From a virus (Duplodnaviria; Caudoviricetes), in the IMG/VR virus record IMGVR_UViG_3300029826_000002, positions 1 through 57,806 of that record: DNA of 57,806 nt. One strand, 5' to 3'. Below are positions 18,424 through 28,700 of the stretch, piece by piece (position 1 is the stretch's first letter; each line of letters begins with the position of its first letter). Both the position numbers and the translations under genes were made by a program. The notes beneath the pieces are model-generated. The model saw only the letters and a list, made by a program, of their open reading frames with translations, was not told the DNA's origin and did not search any database.

Positions 18424-18466
18424 AGCCCCCGTCGCTTTCCAAGGATTGGCTTGAAGGAGAGATTAT

Positions 18467-18685
18467 ATGAAGCCCCTATATAAGAATTACCATGAAGGAT
18501 ATTGGTTTAGCAAAAACGGGCATAAAGCATATATGCGTGGAGAAAAGCCGCTTTTTCTGTGGACAGCAGATAAAGACGATTTGGAAGAAACGGTAGCTCA
18601 CCACATTGAAGAACACCCTGTTGATGGTCCACGTAGCGTAAGAATGGTTACCCGCTCTCTGGTCATGTTTTATAGGTTAAGGTAA
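18467..18685 (+). CDS. Hypothetical protein, last gene of the rightward arm
   Basis: RBS AAGGAG. Confidence 0.55.
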   Translation: MKPLYKNYHEGYWFSKNGHKAYMRGEKPLFLWTADKDDLEETVAHHIEEHPVDGPRSVRMVTRSLVMFYRLR

Positions 18686-18749
18686 TGACTAAAACCTGCG
18701 GCAACTATCAATATTTTATAAAAGGGCAGTCTGTGAATGGCATTATTAA

Positions 18750-19157
18750 TCAATAAATATGGACCATATCTTTGTTCGGAACATAAAAAACGACAGGATT
18801 TTTAAACCCCTTTGATTCTGCAAGTATATATACCTGAGAAAAATCCTCTCCATAAGCAATAACATCTGTGCTCTGGAAAGATTCTTTAGCGATATACTTA
18901 CCAGAATAATAGTTTGCGTTACTATTAAACTTGTCCCAATATTTTTCAGGAGCACGCCCAATTCCAGACAATGGCTCTTTACCGTTTTTGACGTCTAATA
19001 TTACTTGTCCTGTAAATGTGTTTTTGAAAGATTCGATGGCATCTGATATTCTTTTACCATAGGCAGCAATGTCATACTCAAGGCATTGCAGAACCCACCA
19101 ACCATCCTCTTGCCTTAACAGTGTTTGTATTTTAAAATCCATAGTCATACCATCCAT
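18750..19157 (-). CDS. HicB-like N-terminal domain fused to a DUF5678-like domain (AT-rich moron)
   Basis: EDGWWVLQCLEYDIAAYG..DAIESF; GKYIA..VIAYGED..KGFKNPVVFYVP; RBS GGGGAGG. Confidence 0.55.
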   Translation of the reverse strand: MDGMTMDFKIQTLLRQEDGWWVLQCLEYDIAAYGKRISDAIESFKNTFTGQVILDVKNGKEPLSGIGRAPEKYWDKFNSNANYYSGKYIAKESFQSTDVIAYGEDFSQVYILAESKGFKNPVVFYVPNKDMVHIY

Positions 19158-19199
19158 ACTTTGCCTCCCCCGTTTTTTATCCCCAAATTTCACATAAAC

Positions 19200-19230
19200 A
19201 TTTTGACACAAATTGACATTTTTGTCAAAG
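19200..19230 (-). promoter_or_regulatory. Promoter/operator for the moron gene
   Basis: TTGACA-17 nt-CAAAAT with TG; inverted TTTGAC..GTCAAA. Confidence 0.45.
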
Positions 19231-19313
19231 TTTCCATGTTTTGCAAGAAAAAAATAAAAACCGGTTGAATTATACTTAACCGCTCAAGCACCATTTTTTC
19301 TCAAACTGAACCA

Positions 19314-19508
19314 CTACCGAACCTTGAGCCCAGGAACCGACATCGCATTTTTAAACTGGTCCGGGTGACCGTCGTCCGTTATGTCGCCGGTCGCTATAAG
19401 CATGTCGTCTGGGTATCGCTCTTTGATCCAGGCAAGACGAACAGCAACAGCCTCGTTGTCAGCACTATGTCGGTGGATATGCAGATCGGATATGTGGATC
19501 AGGTTCAT
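19314..19508 (-). pseudogene. Truncated metallophosphoesterase
   Basis: HISDLH and TGDITDDG are present but the ORF stops at 64 aa, before GNH. Confidence 0.65.
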
Positions 19509-19786
19509 TCGTCCGTCATATCGACAATCTGCATAAGCGCCAGCAGCTTTTCCTTGTCTTTTACCAGGTCCGGAGCAACCGCCTTTAAAACGTCCATAAA
19601 ATACCCAACCAGATCTTCCGGGTCAAGCTCTGAGGGATTGATCCTGCCCAGCAGGGCGTCAATCACCTTTACGCCTCGGTCATCCCATTTTGTTTCAGTC
19701 TTTGCCGCAGCTTCGGCAACTTCGTCAGCCACGAACGGCCACATGATCTGTAAAGCGCCAATAATTACACTCGGTGGAATGTGCAT
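19505..19786 (-). CDS. Hypothetical lysis-region protein
   Basis: Coupled to the lysozyme; AAAKTETKWDD motif. Confidence 0.6.
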   Translation of the reverse strand: MHIPPSVIIGALQIMWPFVADEVAEAAAKTETKWDDRGVKVIDALLGRINPSELDPEDLVGYFMDVLKAVAPDLVKDKEKLLALMQIVDMTDE

Positions 19787-20211
19787 TAGATTTCTCCTGT
19801 TTTGAGTTGATGGTATAAAAGGTTTTTTCTATCGTCCTGGACCTGGCGCCACCATAAACTATCTGTCAATTCATAAGCGGCCATATGCCACTCATGATTT
19901 TTAACGGCAGCAATCAACCGCTTGAACCCTTTAAATTTACTTGATCCAAGATTAAATCTTAAATCAATCAAAGCTCTTTTTCTTCCTTCAGATATTGATT
20001 CCCAAAAATGAGGGCCGAAAAACCCGATAAGCCAATCTATCGCTTCTTTTAAATCTTCTTTGAATATGAACCGTGATGCAGCTTGACTTATGCCGTTGTT
20101 AAGGTTGTGCCCTACCCCAATAGTCCATATTTCAAGACTATCTTTATAAGGTTTTAATTTTTCGCCTTCATGGAAAAGTAGCTGTTCTTCAATGGTTTTG
20201 AAATTACTCAT
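19786..20211 (-). CDS. Endolysin, T4-type lysozyme (GH24)
   Basis: HEG.KLKPYKDS..WTIGVGHNL..ALIDLRFNLG..AAYELTDSLW..QV. Confidence 0.9.
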   Translation of the reverse strand: MSNFKTIEEQLLFHEGEKLKPYKDSLEIWTIGVGHNLNNGISQAASRFIFKEDLKEAIDWLIGFFGPHFWESISEGRKRALIDLRFNLGSSKFKGFKRLIAAVKNHEWHMAAYELTDSLWWRQVQDDRKNLLYHQLKTGEI

Positions 20212-20648
20212 TGCCTGTCCATGCGCTGCAGAAGTCTTTTAATATCTTTAACATCCGTTTTTATGTCGCAGATATCCTCCCGCATTGACTTTGTGCTTTC
20301 CTCAACCCGGATGACACGTTCTCGATTTAAATTAACATCCGCGGACTTTGCATAAACATAAGGGTCAACCTGCTGCTGAACCCTCATATTATTGATAGAT
20401 AAAATAAGCGGGATAATTATTGCTGTAACCAGCAAGACAATAACCCATGATGGTGGTTTTTTTAAAAACTTGTGCAGGCATTCTTGATTGGCTTTTTTGT
20501 CAACTTCTTTGGAAAGATCATTCAAGCATTTTTTATCTGCCTTTTTATCTACCTCGGCAGCTACGCCTGACCTTCCGTCAGGGCCATACAGCGTTCTGTG
20601 GTGTCCCATTACTCTTTCGTGACATTCCTCATTTGGACAGTCGCCCAT
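20208..20648 (-). CDS. Single-TM coiled-coil protein, holin candidate
   Basis: WVIVLLVTAIIIPLIL; directly upstream of the lysozyme. Confidence 0.5.
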   Translation of the reverse strand: MGDCPNEECHERVMGHHRTLYGPDGRSGVAAEVDKKADKKCLNDLSKEVDKKANQECLHKFLKKPPSWVIVLLVTAIIIPLILSINNMRVQQQVDPYVYAKSADVNLNRERVIRVEESTKSMREDICDIKTDVKDIKRLLQRMDRQ

Positions 20649-20763
20649 GTCTCGCTCCTCTCAACCATCCGGCCAGTCTATGGGTTAATATTATCACCAC
20701 CAGCCCCGCAAACACGGCAAATGCCGCAAGCATCACGGGTATTGGTAGGCGCTTATCGTTCAT
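20629..20763 (-). CDS. 44-aa single-TM peptide (not in the ORF track)
   Basis: MNDKRLPIPVMLAAFAVFAGLVVIILTHRLAGWLRGARHGRLSK; overlaps both neighbours. Confidence 0.5.
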   Translation of the reverse strand: MNDKRLPIPVMLAAFAVFAGLVVIILTHRLAGWLRGARHGRLSK

Positions 20764-21050
20764 TTCAATTTCAGCTTTTTGATTTCTGCCTTGATCTGGT
20801 TGTCATTACCCACAAACACCTCAACGCCAGCCGGAAAAGACATCTCCTGAAACTGCCCGATGTCAAGAATATCCAAAACCCTAACTCCGTCATGTTTTAA
20901 TATCTTGTCACCGATGGCAGTCTTCACCACCTTTGCATTTCCTCTTTGCTCAATTTTGCTCTGAACGCTCGCCTTGATTGCGTCCACTTTCTGCTTCACA
21001 TCATCCGGCATCTTTGCCTGTGCCATACTTGCCATTGCCATAATCGCCAT
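20760..21050 (-). CDS. Hypothetical protein, possible signal peptide
   Basis: MAIMAMASMAQA-K. Confidence 0.55.
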   Translation of the reverse strand: MAIMAMASMAQAKMPDDVKQKVDAIKASVQSKIEQRGNAKVVKTAIGDKILKHDGVRVLDILDIGQFQEMSFPAGVEVFVGNDNQIKAEIKKLKLK

Positions 21051-21066
21051 TCCTATGATTATTTTA

Positions 21067-22344
21067 TTAACCTAAAAACACCTCGATTTTTGAGATTGTA
21101 TTGGGGTCAAAGCCAGATTCGATTGATGTCCAGTTGCGGCTTGATCCAGATTCTGCGGCCTGGTCACGCAGTTGCAGGGCGTCGGTGCCCAGGGCGGTTA
21201 CTTGTTTAACAGTAACGTTCCTTACTTTTAACGTTGGAGTTCCTATGCTCCTTATATAAATATGATATGATGTACCGTCTTCGGCTGTTTCTGTTCTGTA
21301 CTGGGTATAAGTTCCGTTTGCATTACGATATGTATATGTAGGAGGACTTACTAGACTCCCAACCGCAACCATCCCAACTTGCCCTGCGGAATAATCATAT
21401 ACATCAAATTGCCATTTCATCAGCTTACCAACTGGAGATGAAAAAGATATATTATCATTATATATATTACCTGTTAACGCAGCACCGGCACAAGACGCGT
21501 TTCCATCGTTCTCGGTCCATAGTTCATTTGATTTTGTCCAAGCTGGAACGGCCGATACAAACGATGGAGCCAGCTCACTCCCCAACGCCTCCGCATCGTC
21601 CGCCCCATGCCCGTAGGCAAAAGCGTACTTGTCGTTTGTGCCATCGTAAGCAACTATATATTTAGCTGTCTGTCCTGACAGATCGGTAGCCGAGCTTCTT
21701 ATTGTAGCATCACCATTGGCGGTGATTGCGTAGAACGACCCGGTGTTCTCCATGATCACCGTTGAATATGTCAGCGTCCATGAATCATCTTCAAGGGCCA
21801 GCAAGGAGGTGACTCCAGCAGGATTAGGGCTTGAATTGCTTCCGCCGATGTCAAGCGTACCGGCGCTAACACCATTTGCAACCACCTCCGCTAACCTTGC
21901 CGCCACGCTTGCTGACCCCAAACCACAATTGCTGATATCAATGGTGGCTAATGCTGTCTGCAAACCAAGATACGGGTATGTGAGATTGGGGTTGTCGCTT
22001 AAATCCAACGTGGTTAAGTAACCGCCCAAGGGGGGGAGAACCGTACCCATTGAACCGTTAAGGTTGTTGTTATTTAAACTGATCTCGGTTACGTGTCCGC
22101 CTGAAACAGTAATACCGAACCAATCGTTTACGGTTCCGGTCTGCAACCAATTTGTTTTATCTGTCCAAGAATCTCCAGATGTGCTGTTATATAGAGCAAC
22201 AAGCGCATCCAACTCTCTCTGAGGAACGTCCAGCGCCGTTATACCAATACTTCTTAACGTTATATCTCCAGAAAAAGAAATATTATCAGAGACACCGGAT
22301 AGCTGGATTTCGGATTCCCTATTATCGTTTAATATGTATTGCAT
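21067..22344 (-). CDS. Putative tail fibre / receptor-binding protein with an LRR N-cap and short LRRs
   Basis: ALVALYNSTSGDSW..NWL..WFGITV..VTEISLNNNNLNG..LTTLDLSDN..LATIDISNC. Confidence 0.6.
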   Translation of the reverse strand: MQYILNDNRESEIQLSGVSDNISFSGDITLRSIGITALDVPQRELDALVALYNSTSGDSWTDKTNWLQTGTVNDWFGITVSGGHVTEISLNNNNLNGSMGTVLPPLGGYLTTLDLSDNPNLTYPYLGLQTALATIDISNCGLGSASVAARLAEVVANGVSAGTLDIGGSNSSPNPAGVTSLLALEDDSWTLTYSTVIMENTGSFYAITANGDATIRSSATDLSGQTAKYIVAYDGTNDKYAFAYGHGADDAEALGSELAPSFVSAVPAWTKSNELWTENDGNASCAGAALTGNIYNDNISFSSPVGKLMKWQFDVYDYSAGQVGMVAVGSLVSPPTYTYRNANGTYTQYRTETAEDGTSYHIYIRSIGTPTLKVRNVTVKQVTALGTDALQLRDQAAESGSSRNWTSIESGFDPNTISKIEVFLG

Positions 22345-22351
22345 ATATCAC

Positions 22352-22663
22352 CTAGAACCTGTAAGAAACGTGGAGGTATCCGCTCGTTGCTGTTGTTCTT
22401 ATGGCCCTGAAATTTTTGATGTCATGCGGGTTTGACAACAACAGGGAATCACCACTTTTTAGTAAATGCCCTACCGTTGTAGTCGGGTCTGTACCGTCCA
22501 TCCTGAACCGTAAATTACCGGACGCTATTTCAACCGTTACGAAAGCCTCTTGGCAACCCCTTGTTGGAGTCCACGCCGTACCGGTTCCCTTAATTTTTGA
22601 TGCAGTAAAACCAATCGCCGTATCGGCAACCGTAATCTTTTCAAAATCAGTCGTTGTCGCCAT
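22352..22663 (-). CDS. Virion-associated beta-rich protein
   Basis: LRFRMDGTDPTTTVGHLL; RBS AAAGGAG. Confidence 0.6.
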   Translation of the reverse strand: MATTTDFEKITVADTAIGFTASKIKGTGTAWTPTRGCQEAFVTVEIASGNLRFRMDGTDPTTTVGHLLKSGDSLLLSNPHDIKNFRAIRTTATSGYLHVSYRF

Positions 22664-22681
22664 TTCCATATCTCCTTTGTT

Positions 22682-22738
22682 AATAAAAAAGCCCTGCCAG
22701 TGCCGTAGCACCAACAGGGCTTGATTGTTTCAATACCC
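22682..22738 (-). terminator. Intrinsic terminator with overlapping 5' hairpin (switch copy C)
   Basis: GGGTATTGA-AACAA-TCAAGCCCTGTTGGTGC-TACG-GCACTGGCAGGGCTTTTTTATT. Confidence 0.8.
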
Positions 22739-22759
22739 GTTAATCAACCTTTTTATGTA

Positions 22760-25700
22760 TTAACTGGCCTTCAGTCTCCTTGCGATATCCCTCTTTGACG
22801 GTTTGAATGTCCGTTTAATGTACGTGTCAATGCTCTTGCTCGTTATCGGATTAAGGATGCCGAGCATATTATTTCGTTTAAGCCGTTGATTGTATTCGTA
22901 CACATCAGTCATTATGTCGGCCCATTCTTTCTTAGTTTTCTTGTTCTGCGGCTTTAGAACAAAATCCTTGATGCGCTCGTTAATCTTTGACCGGCGTTCC
23001 TGGTATTCCTTTTCGATATTCTTTTCTCGCCACAACTGGCCTTTCTTTGACGATAATTCAGCAGGGTTGAACGACAACGCCCGTAACCATGCGTCAAGTG
23101 CGCTTGATTTAAGCGGTTCATTTCCCCAATATACCGGCGTGTTTCTGTGGGTTGTAACCCCTTCTGTGCGTTCCCTGTAGGCTTTAATCGGTGCGGCAAA
23201 AGCGTTTGGCAGTAATCGTTCAAACGCCCTGTCAAGCTCACCTTGACTTAAATCACCAATACCGTACCCAATATCCTTAATCATAGAACCCGGAGCGCCA
23301 AGAATTTCAAATAGATCAGTCGGAATATCCGTAACATTGACTTGCAGCGAGCCTTTAAGGTCGAGTCCGAGAAGGCCGAACAAGCCCTGCTCTGTGAATT
23401 TGCCTGCGTTTTCTCCAGCGTTTTCATACATCCACCTATACAATGCTTCTTCTGGATCGTCCTCGTCTTTATCCCATAATTTCAGGGCAAGGTTTACCAT
23501 CTTCATCATGGCCGGTGTAACCATGCTGGCCGTTGTTCCGGCAAGGAGCGCCGGGGAAGCAATGAGCCATGATGCCGCCTTAATATTCTTTTTGTCCCAA
23601 CCAAGCTCTTTCAGGGTGGCAAGGTAGTTGTGCGTAAACGTCTTGAACACATAAGCCGATTTAAGCACCTGTCCACCGATACCGGAACCACGGGCCAGTT
23701 CTGGATAGTTCGGCTTACCGTACGTGCCGTGCGCCTTGTCTGACACCTCTTTGGCAAGCTCCATCTGCTTTTCAAAGGATAGTTCAGGGCGGGTCTTTTT
23801 AATGCCGTCATACGCCCCAAGGATTGTTGCAACACGGTTTATCTGCTCAGTTACCCCGAACATTGCCATTGACGCATCAATCAGCCGACCGTACCCACGC
23901 CCGAACTTACCCTTGAGCACGTTGACCGCTTCCATGTTGAATTGCGCCTTGTGCCAACCCTTATCATAAATCCGCTTTAACGCTTTCTGCGTGTCTTCAC
24001 TTACACTTCCGGGGTTCACCTTCCACGCCCCGTATTTCGTAACGGCTTTGGCTAACAGGTCAGGCGCACGGTGCAGGGGAATATCGGCGTATCCGTTCAT
24101 GGTGGCCGGTACGTTCGTTACCAATGCCGTCATATTCACCGCAGGAGCTGCCAGACGGAACCCAAGGTATTTCAGGACTGCTACACCCTTGACGGTTCCC
24201 ATAACCCTGTCTATGGCCTCATCGTTACGTAACATATCCTGCATATATTTGGTTGCGGATTCAAAGGCGTTCTTCTGCTTTGTAGCTGAAATTTTTTGTT
24301 CTTCCACATGGTCAAGGTAGTTATCATAGTTTATGTGGGCTTCACCGTAATGTCGCTTGCCGTCCGTGGTCTGATATCCTTCCTTTTTCATCCGGTCACG
24401 CCACTCAGCCCAGCTTTCCGTGGTTCCCTTCATGGCGTTTATCATCTTGATAGCCATGTATTTTTTAGCCTGTGCCGAAGCGGTGGATTGTCCTGCCCGT
24501 GCAATAGCTGTCAGGGGGTCTTCCTCGTACCCAGCCCATACGTTCTTTCCTGTCAACCGCTGCCTGTGGATCATGGCCGACCGTGCGCCACGCTCCTTGA
24601 TTGTGTTTGCTAACTGCTCCGCAAACTCAGCGGCAAAGAGCAATTCAATATCGGCACTGTCAATGCCCTTTTGTAAGAACAGGGCTTTGGTAAGTTTCTT
24701 TTCAAGCTCTTTGGTATCAGCACCCTTAAACCGGAACCGTCCACCGTATGTGTATGATTGCTTGCCCCTCTTAAAAAATTCTTCATACTTGCCGCCGTAA
24801 GCCTCAACGATTTCTCTGCTTTTACCCTTCTCGACAATTCCCTTTAGAATAACATCGTCACCGTCTTTTTCAAGCGTAATGCCAATATCTTTCAGGGTCT
24901 TGGTTCGTGGGCTATCCACACCCTCAAGGGCTTTGTCCACAAGCTCGTTGATGGCAATGTTCTGACCGGCAAGGGCAAACACCGATTCGGGCATACGTTC
25001 GGACATTGTGATGGGTGCCACGGTATACCCTTGTTTTTCGAGAGCCATCCTGCGAAATGACGCTGTTGCTTTGGTGTCCCGCATTTCGAGTATCGGCTGT
25101 GCGCCCTTCTTGGTTGCCCTGATAATCCACTTGCCCTGATTTCTTGTACGCGGGAAGTAGTGCCCCCGTAAATCACCCATCTCCGCAAGAGCCACTTTCA
25201 GGTCGATCTTGACCGAATTGCCAAGCTCATCCTTGTAAGCGATTGCCGGTTTCCTGCCCTCTTTCTCATATTTTTCTATCAGTTCTTGGATTGCCTCGTA
25301 GCGCATATTAAATATGTTGTGTGAGATAGACCGGAAGGACACAAGCCCTTCGACCATTGCGTCACTAAAACCCTTCTCTTTAACGTCCTCCGACTCACGA
25401 CTTACCGCCTCATTCCATATTTCGGTTTCGGCTTTTTTCCTGTCTGCCATATCGGTTTTGTCAAATGATATTTCTGAAATCTTTTCGTGTGTTAGTTTAG
25501 ATATGGCATAATATCCATTTTTCTTTTCAACAACTAGATGGTCTATGTATTTCCGGTCACCAGAAGATACTTCTTTTTCTTGCTCTTTTATAATACTTCC
25601 GAGCATACGGTATGCCGCATCCTCAGATGTTGCCTTTGCTGTTTCGGTTAATCGTGGTTTAAGCAAGTCAAACTTATCGTCTTTTTGCTTCACCCTATAT

Positions 25701-28700
25701 CCAACAGCGTCACGGTCACGGTTCAGCAAGTACGCCTGCAACCGCTTGTAGCTCATCTTGTCTTTCTTGCTCAAGCGTTTCAGGTTTTCGATATAGGAGA
25801 TTGTTTCACCGTCCTTATTCTTCCCGTGGAACAATATGTTTGAGTTGGTGTTCTTATCGTCTACCCAGCCCAGCCCAGCGTCATACATCAGTTTTAAACC
25901 GGGAACCTTTGCGCTGTAGTGCGACATGAGGTTTAACATCCGGTCGGCAAGGGTAATGTCCGGTTTGGGTAATTTGAAATCCTGCTCACGACCAAGTATG
26001 CATTTGAGAATTTTCGGGGATGATTCGTCGATGATTTTCTTCATCACCGGATCGTCGGGGCCGAACTTCTCTTTGTACATGGCACCGAGTTTCTTTAGCT
26101 CGTCAGCGGGATTGGTCTTTTCTTCGTACAGGATATCCGGGTTGTTCCCGTCCCATGTGCCTCTGTTGAATATGGATTTGATTTGGGTGGGTTTAAGAGC
26201 AACATATGTTTTATCCCTGAATGGGATGCCGCTTGGGATTGGAGTATTATAATAAGCGGCTTTGTATATAACCCCATCGTAACCGCTGTCGAGAAGTGTT
26301 TTTCTGGAGATATCTCCTCTTGCGCTATCCAAAATATTAGAATTTATAAATTCCCCGACAAAACCGTTTTGTTTACTATTACTATAACCGAAAAACGATT
26401 CTCCTTTTTTGCCCATCTTCTCCGCTATCTTCGATAACACCTCATATTCTTCTGTCCCTTTCTGTATAAGATTATTACCGGAAATATCTAGTGGGTTTTC
26501 TATTGCTAAATATACAGGATACACTCCCCCTGATGGCTCATCCGTTTCCTTATTGAAAGAAAAGCCAGACGCTATTTCTGCTGATTCCGAAAAATGCACA
26601 CCAAATGGGATTTGATTGTTTTTGTTGGGGGATTTTCCTGTTTTGAATGTCGTTTTTGTAGCGTCGGCATCACCCCTATACACCACCAGCGGCTCGCCAT
26701 CCTCGTCAACAACCTTGCTCTTGCCAAACCATTTCTTAAAGGCTGCGGTGGCTGTGTTGCGCTTTGTCTCGTTCAGGGGTTCTGTGCTATCTTCTCGCCC
26801 CTCCGCTTCCCGTATTGCGTCCAGCTTTTCCCCGTTGCGTTCCAGTAGGGCTATCTCGTCGAGGACGGCTTGATCCCATATGACGTAGTTATACGATCCT
26901 TCGCCCTTGCCCCTGCTCATGCCGTCAAGGTATCGGTTGCCGGGGATGCCGATGGAAGCGAGGTATTTGGAAGCGGCCTGATCGTTTCGGGAATGGTTCT
27001 TGATTGTTTTATAGATAGATTCACCCGTATTTTCATTGCCATATTCTTTATCGAACCATTTAATCGGGTTTGTTATATCGTCAAACCCCTTCCATTTGGC
27101 AATCTTTTTTATGGCCGGTTTTAGCGCCTTCTTCACATACTCGCTCTGCTCACTCAGCGGCTTATCCCAATCCAGCAGCTTCGGGATTACGGAGTCGGGG
27201 ATGTCGAGCTTGTAGAGGGAGCCACGAATATTTCTAGACTCTACTTTTTTACCGATGTATGGTTTTATCTGATCGTAACTCTTTACAGCATCCTCATATT
27301 TCTTTTTAGCAGCAGCAGAATCAGGGTGCTTCTCAAGCCATCTCCCTGTATATTCTTTTCTTTCTGTTAATTGATCAACTAGGTTACTAAACGGCAACCC
27401 TGAATGAGACACCCACCGTAAAATATCAGGTGGGCTTTTAACCTCTACCCCATCAACAAAAATACTAGGTTCATTAACATCAAGATAGTGTTGTGCAACA
27501 CTCTCCCCATCCGCACTATACCATCCCCATCCGTAAGCCTGCGCCCCCTCTCCCGTTCCTATCTTGTCCAGCCGTGGCCTGCCGTGCGGGAACCCCTTTT
27601 CAGGAGGCCAAACATGGGGCGTACCGTGCCATACCGTTTGGAGTAACTTGCTCTTAATATTCCTGCCACTCTCCTGCCCCCTCACATTCCCCTTCTCGAT
27701 CTTTCTCAGCACACCACGCTCAGTCAACTTGACTAATCCCACCAGAGAGTCCACAAAGTCTGCTACTTTCTGGAGGATTCGGCCTAACTTCGTCCCCCTG
27801 TACTGCTCTCGGTTAGCCAGATTGGCGCCTATCCACCTTGCCCTCGCTTCCCATCCTTCCCGTGTTTCCATGCCCGGACGCTTTCCTGTGGCTCTGCGGA
27901 CAGCCTCGTTAAGCACCATCTTATCGCCCTTGTTAATCAGGCCGATGTCCTCAAAGAAGTGGCTACCGATTTCGTGGAACACGGTTTCTAAATCGGAGGC
28001 TTTGGTGAATATGACTTCGTGGTTCTGGTATTGCGCTGTGCGTACTGCGCCGGTTGGGGATGTGCCTAAATTCAGCTTAACCTCGCCACCCGTGTCTGTC
28101 AGACCATTGATGGTCAGCACCTTGCCGGGAGCGAACTTCACCGCCACGCTTCCGTCATCGTTTATCTCTACGGACTTGCCTTTCATGAACGGGAGCTTTT
28201 TAAGCTGGGCTAGAGAGATGCCGGAAAAGTCGGTTACGGTGGGGGATTCTTCAAACCGGATATCGTCGCTGGACTTGTCAAATCGATCACTAAGGGGGAT
28301 GACATCGCCTGCTTTAGCCCTACCCTCTTTTACTGCGGCATCGCCCTTGGTATAGTAGGTGACGGGGTCGGCTGATTTGATTTGGGAGGGGGAAAGCGGA
28401 ACATAACTTTTCGGGCGAACATCCACACCGCCTTTTATGTTCGGTTCTGCACCCTCGTCTAAAATAAGAGAATCATATTCAGGGTGTGTTTCTTGCAACC
28501 ACTCTTCCAAATCAACAGAATCAGTCCAATCGGGTAATCCACGCTCTGACAAGGGCGTGCCATTTCCGTATTTACCTAAAAATTCGTCATTGAATATTTT
28601 TAATTCTTTAGCGTTACGAGTATCAAAGGCGTTTCCGAGACTTAAAAAAACCTCATATGTTCGCTTATCGGTCGCATCCTTTAGTCCCGATATCCCCATA

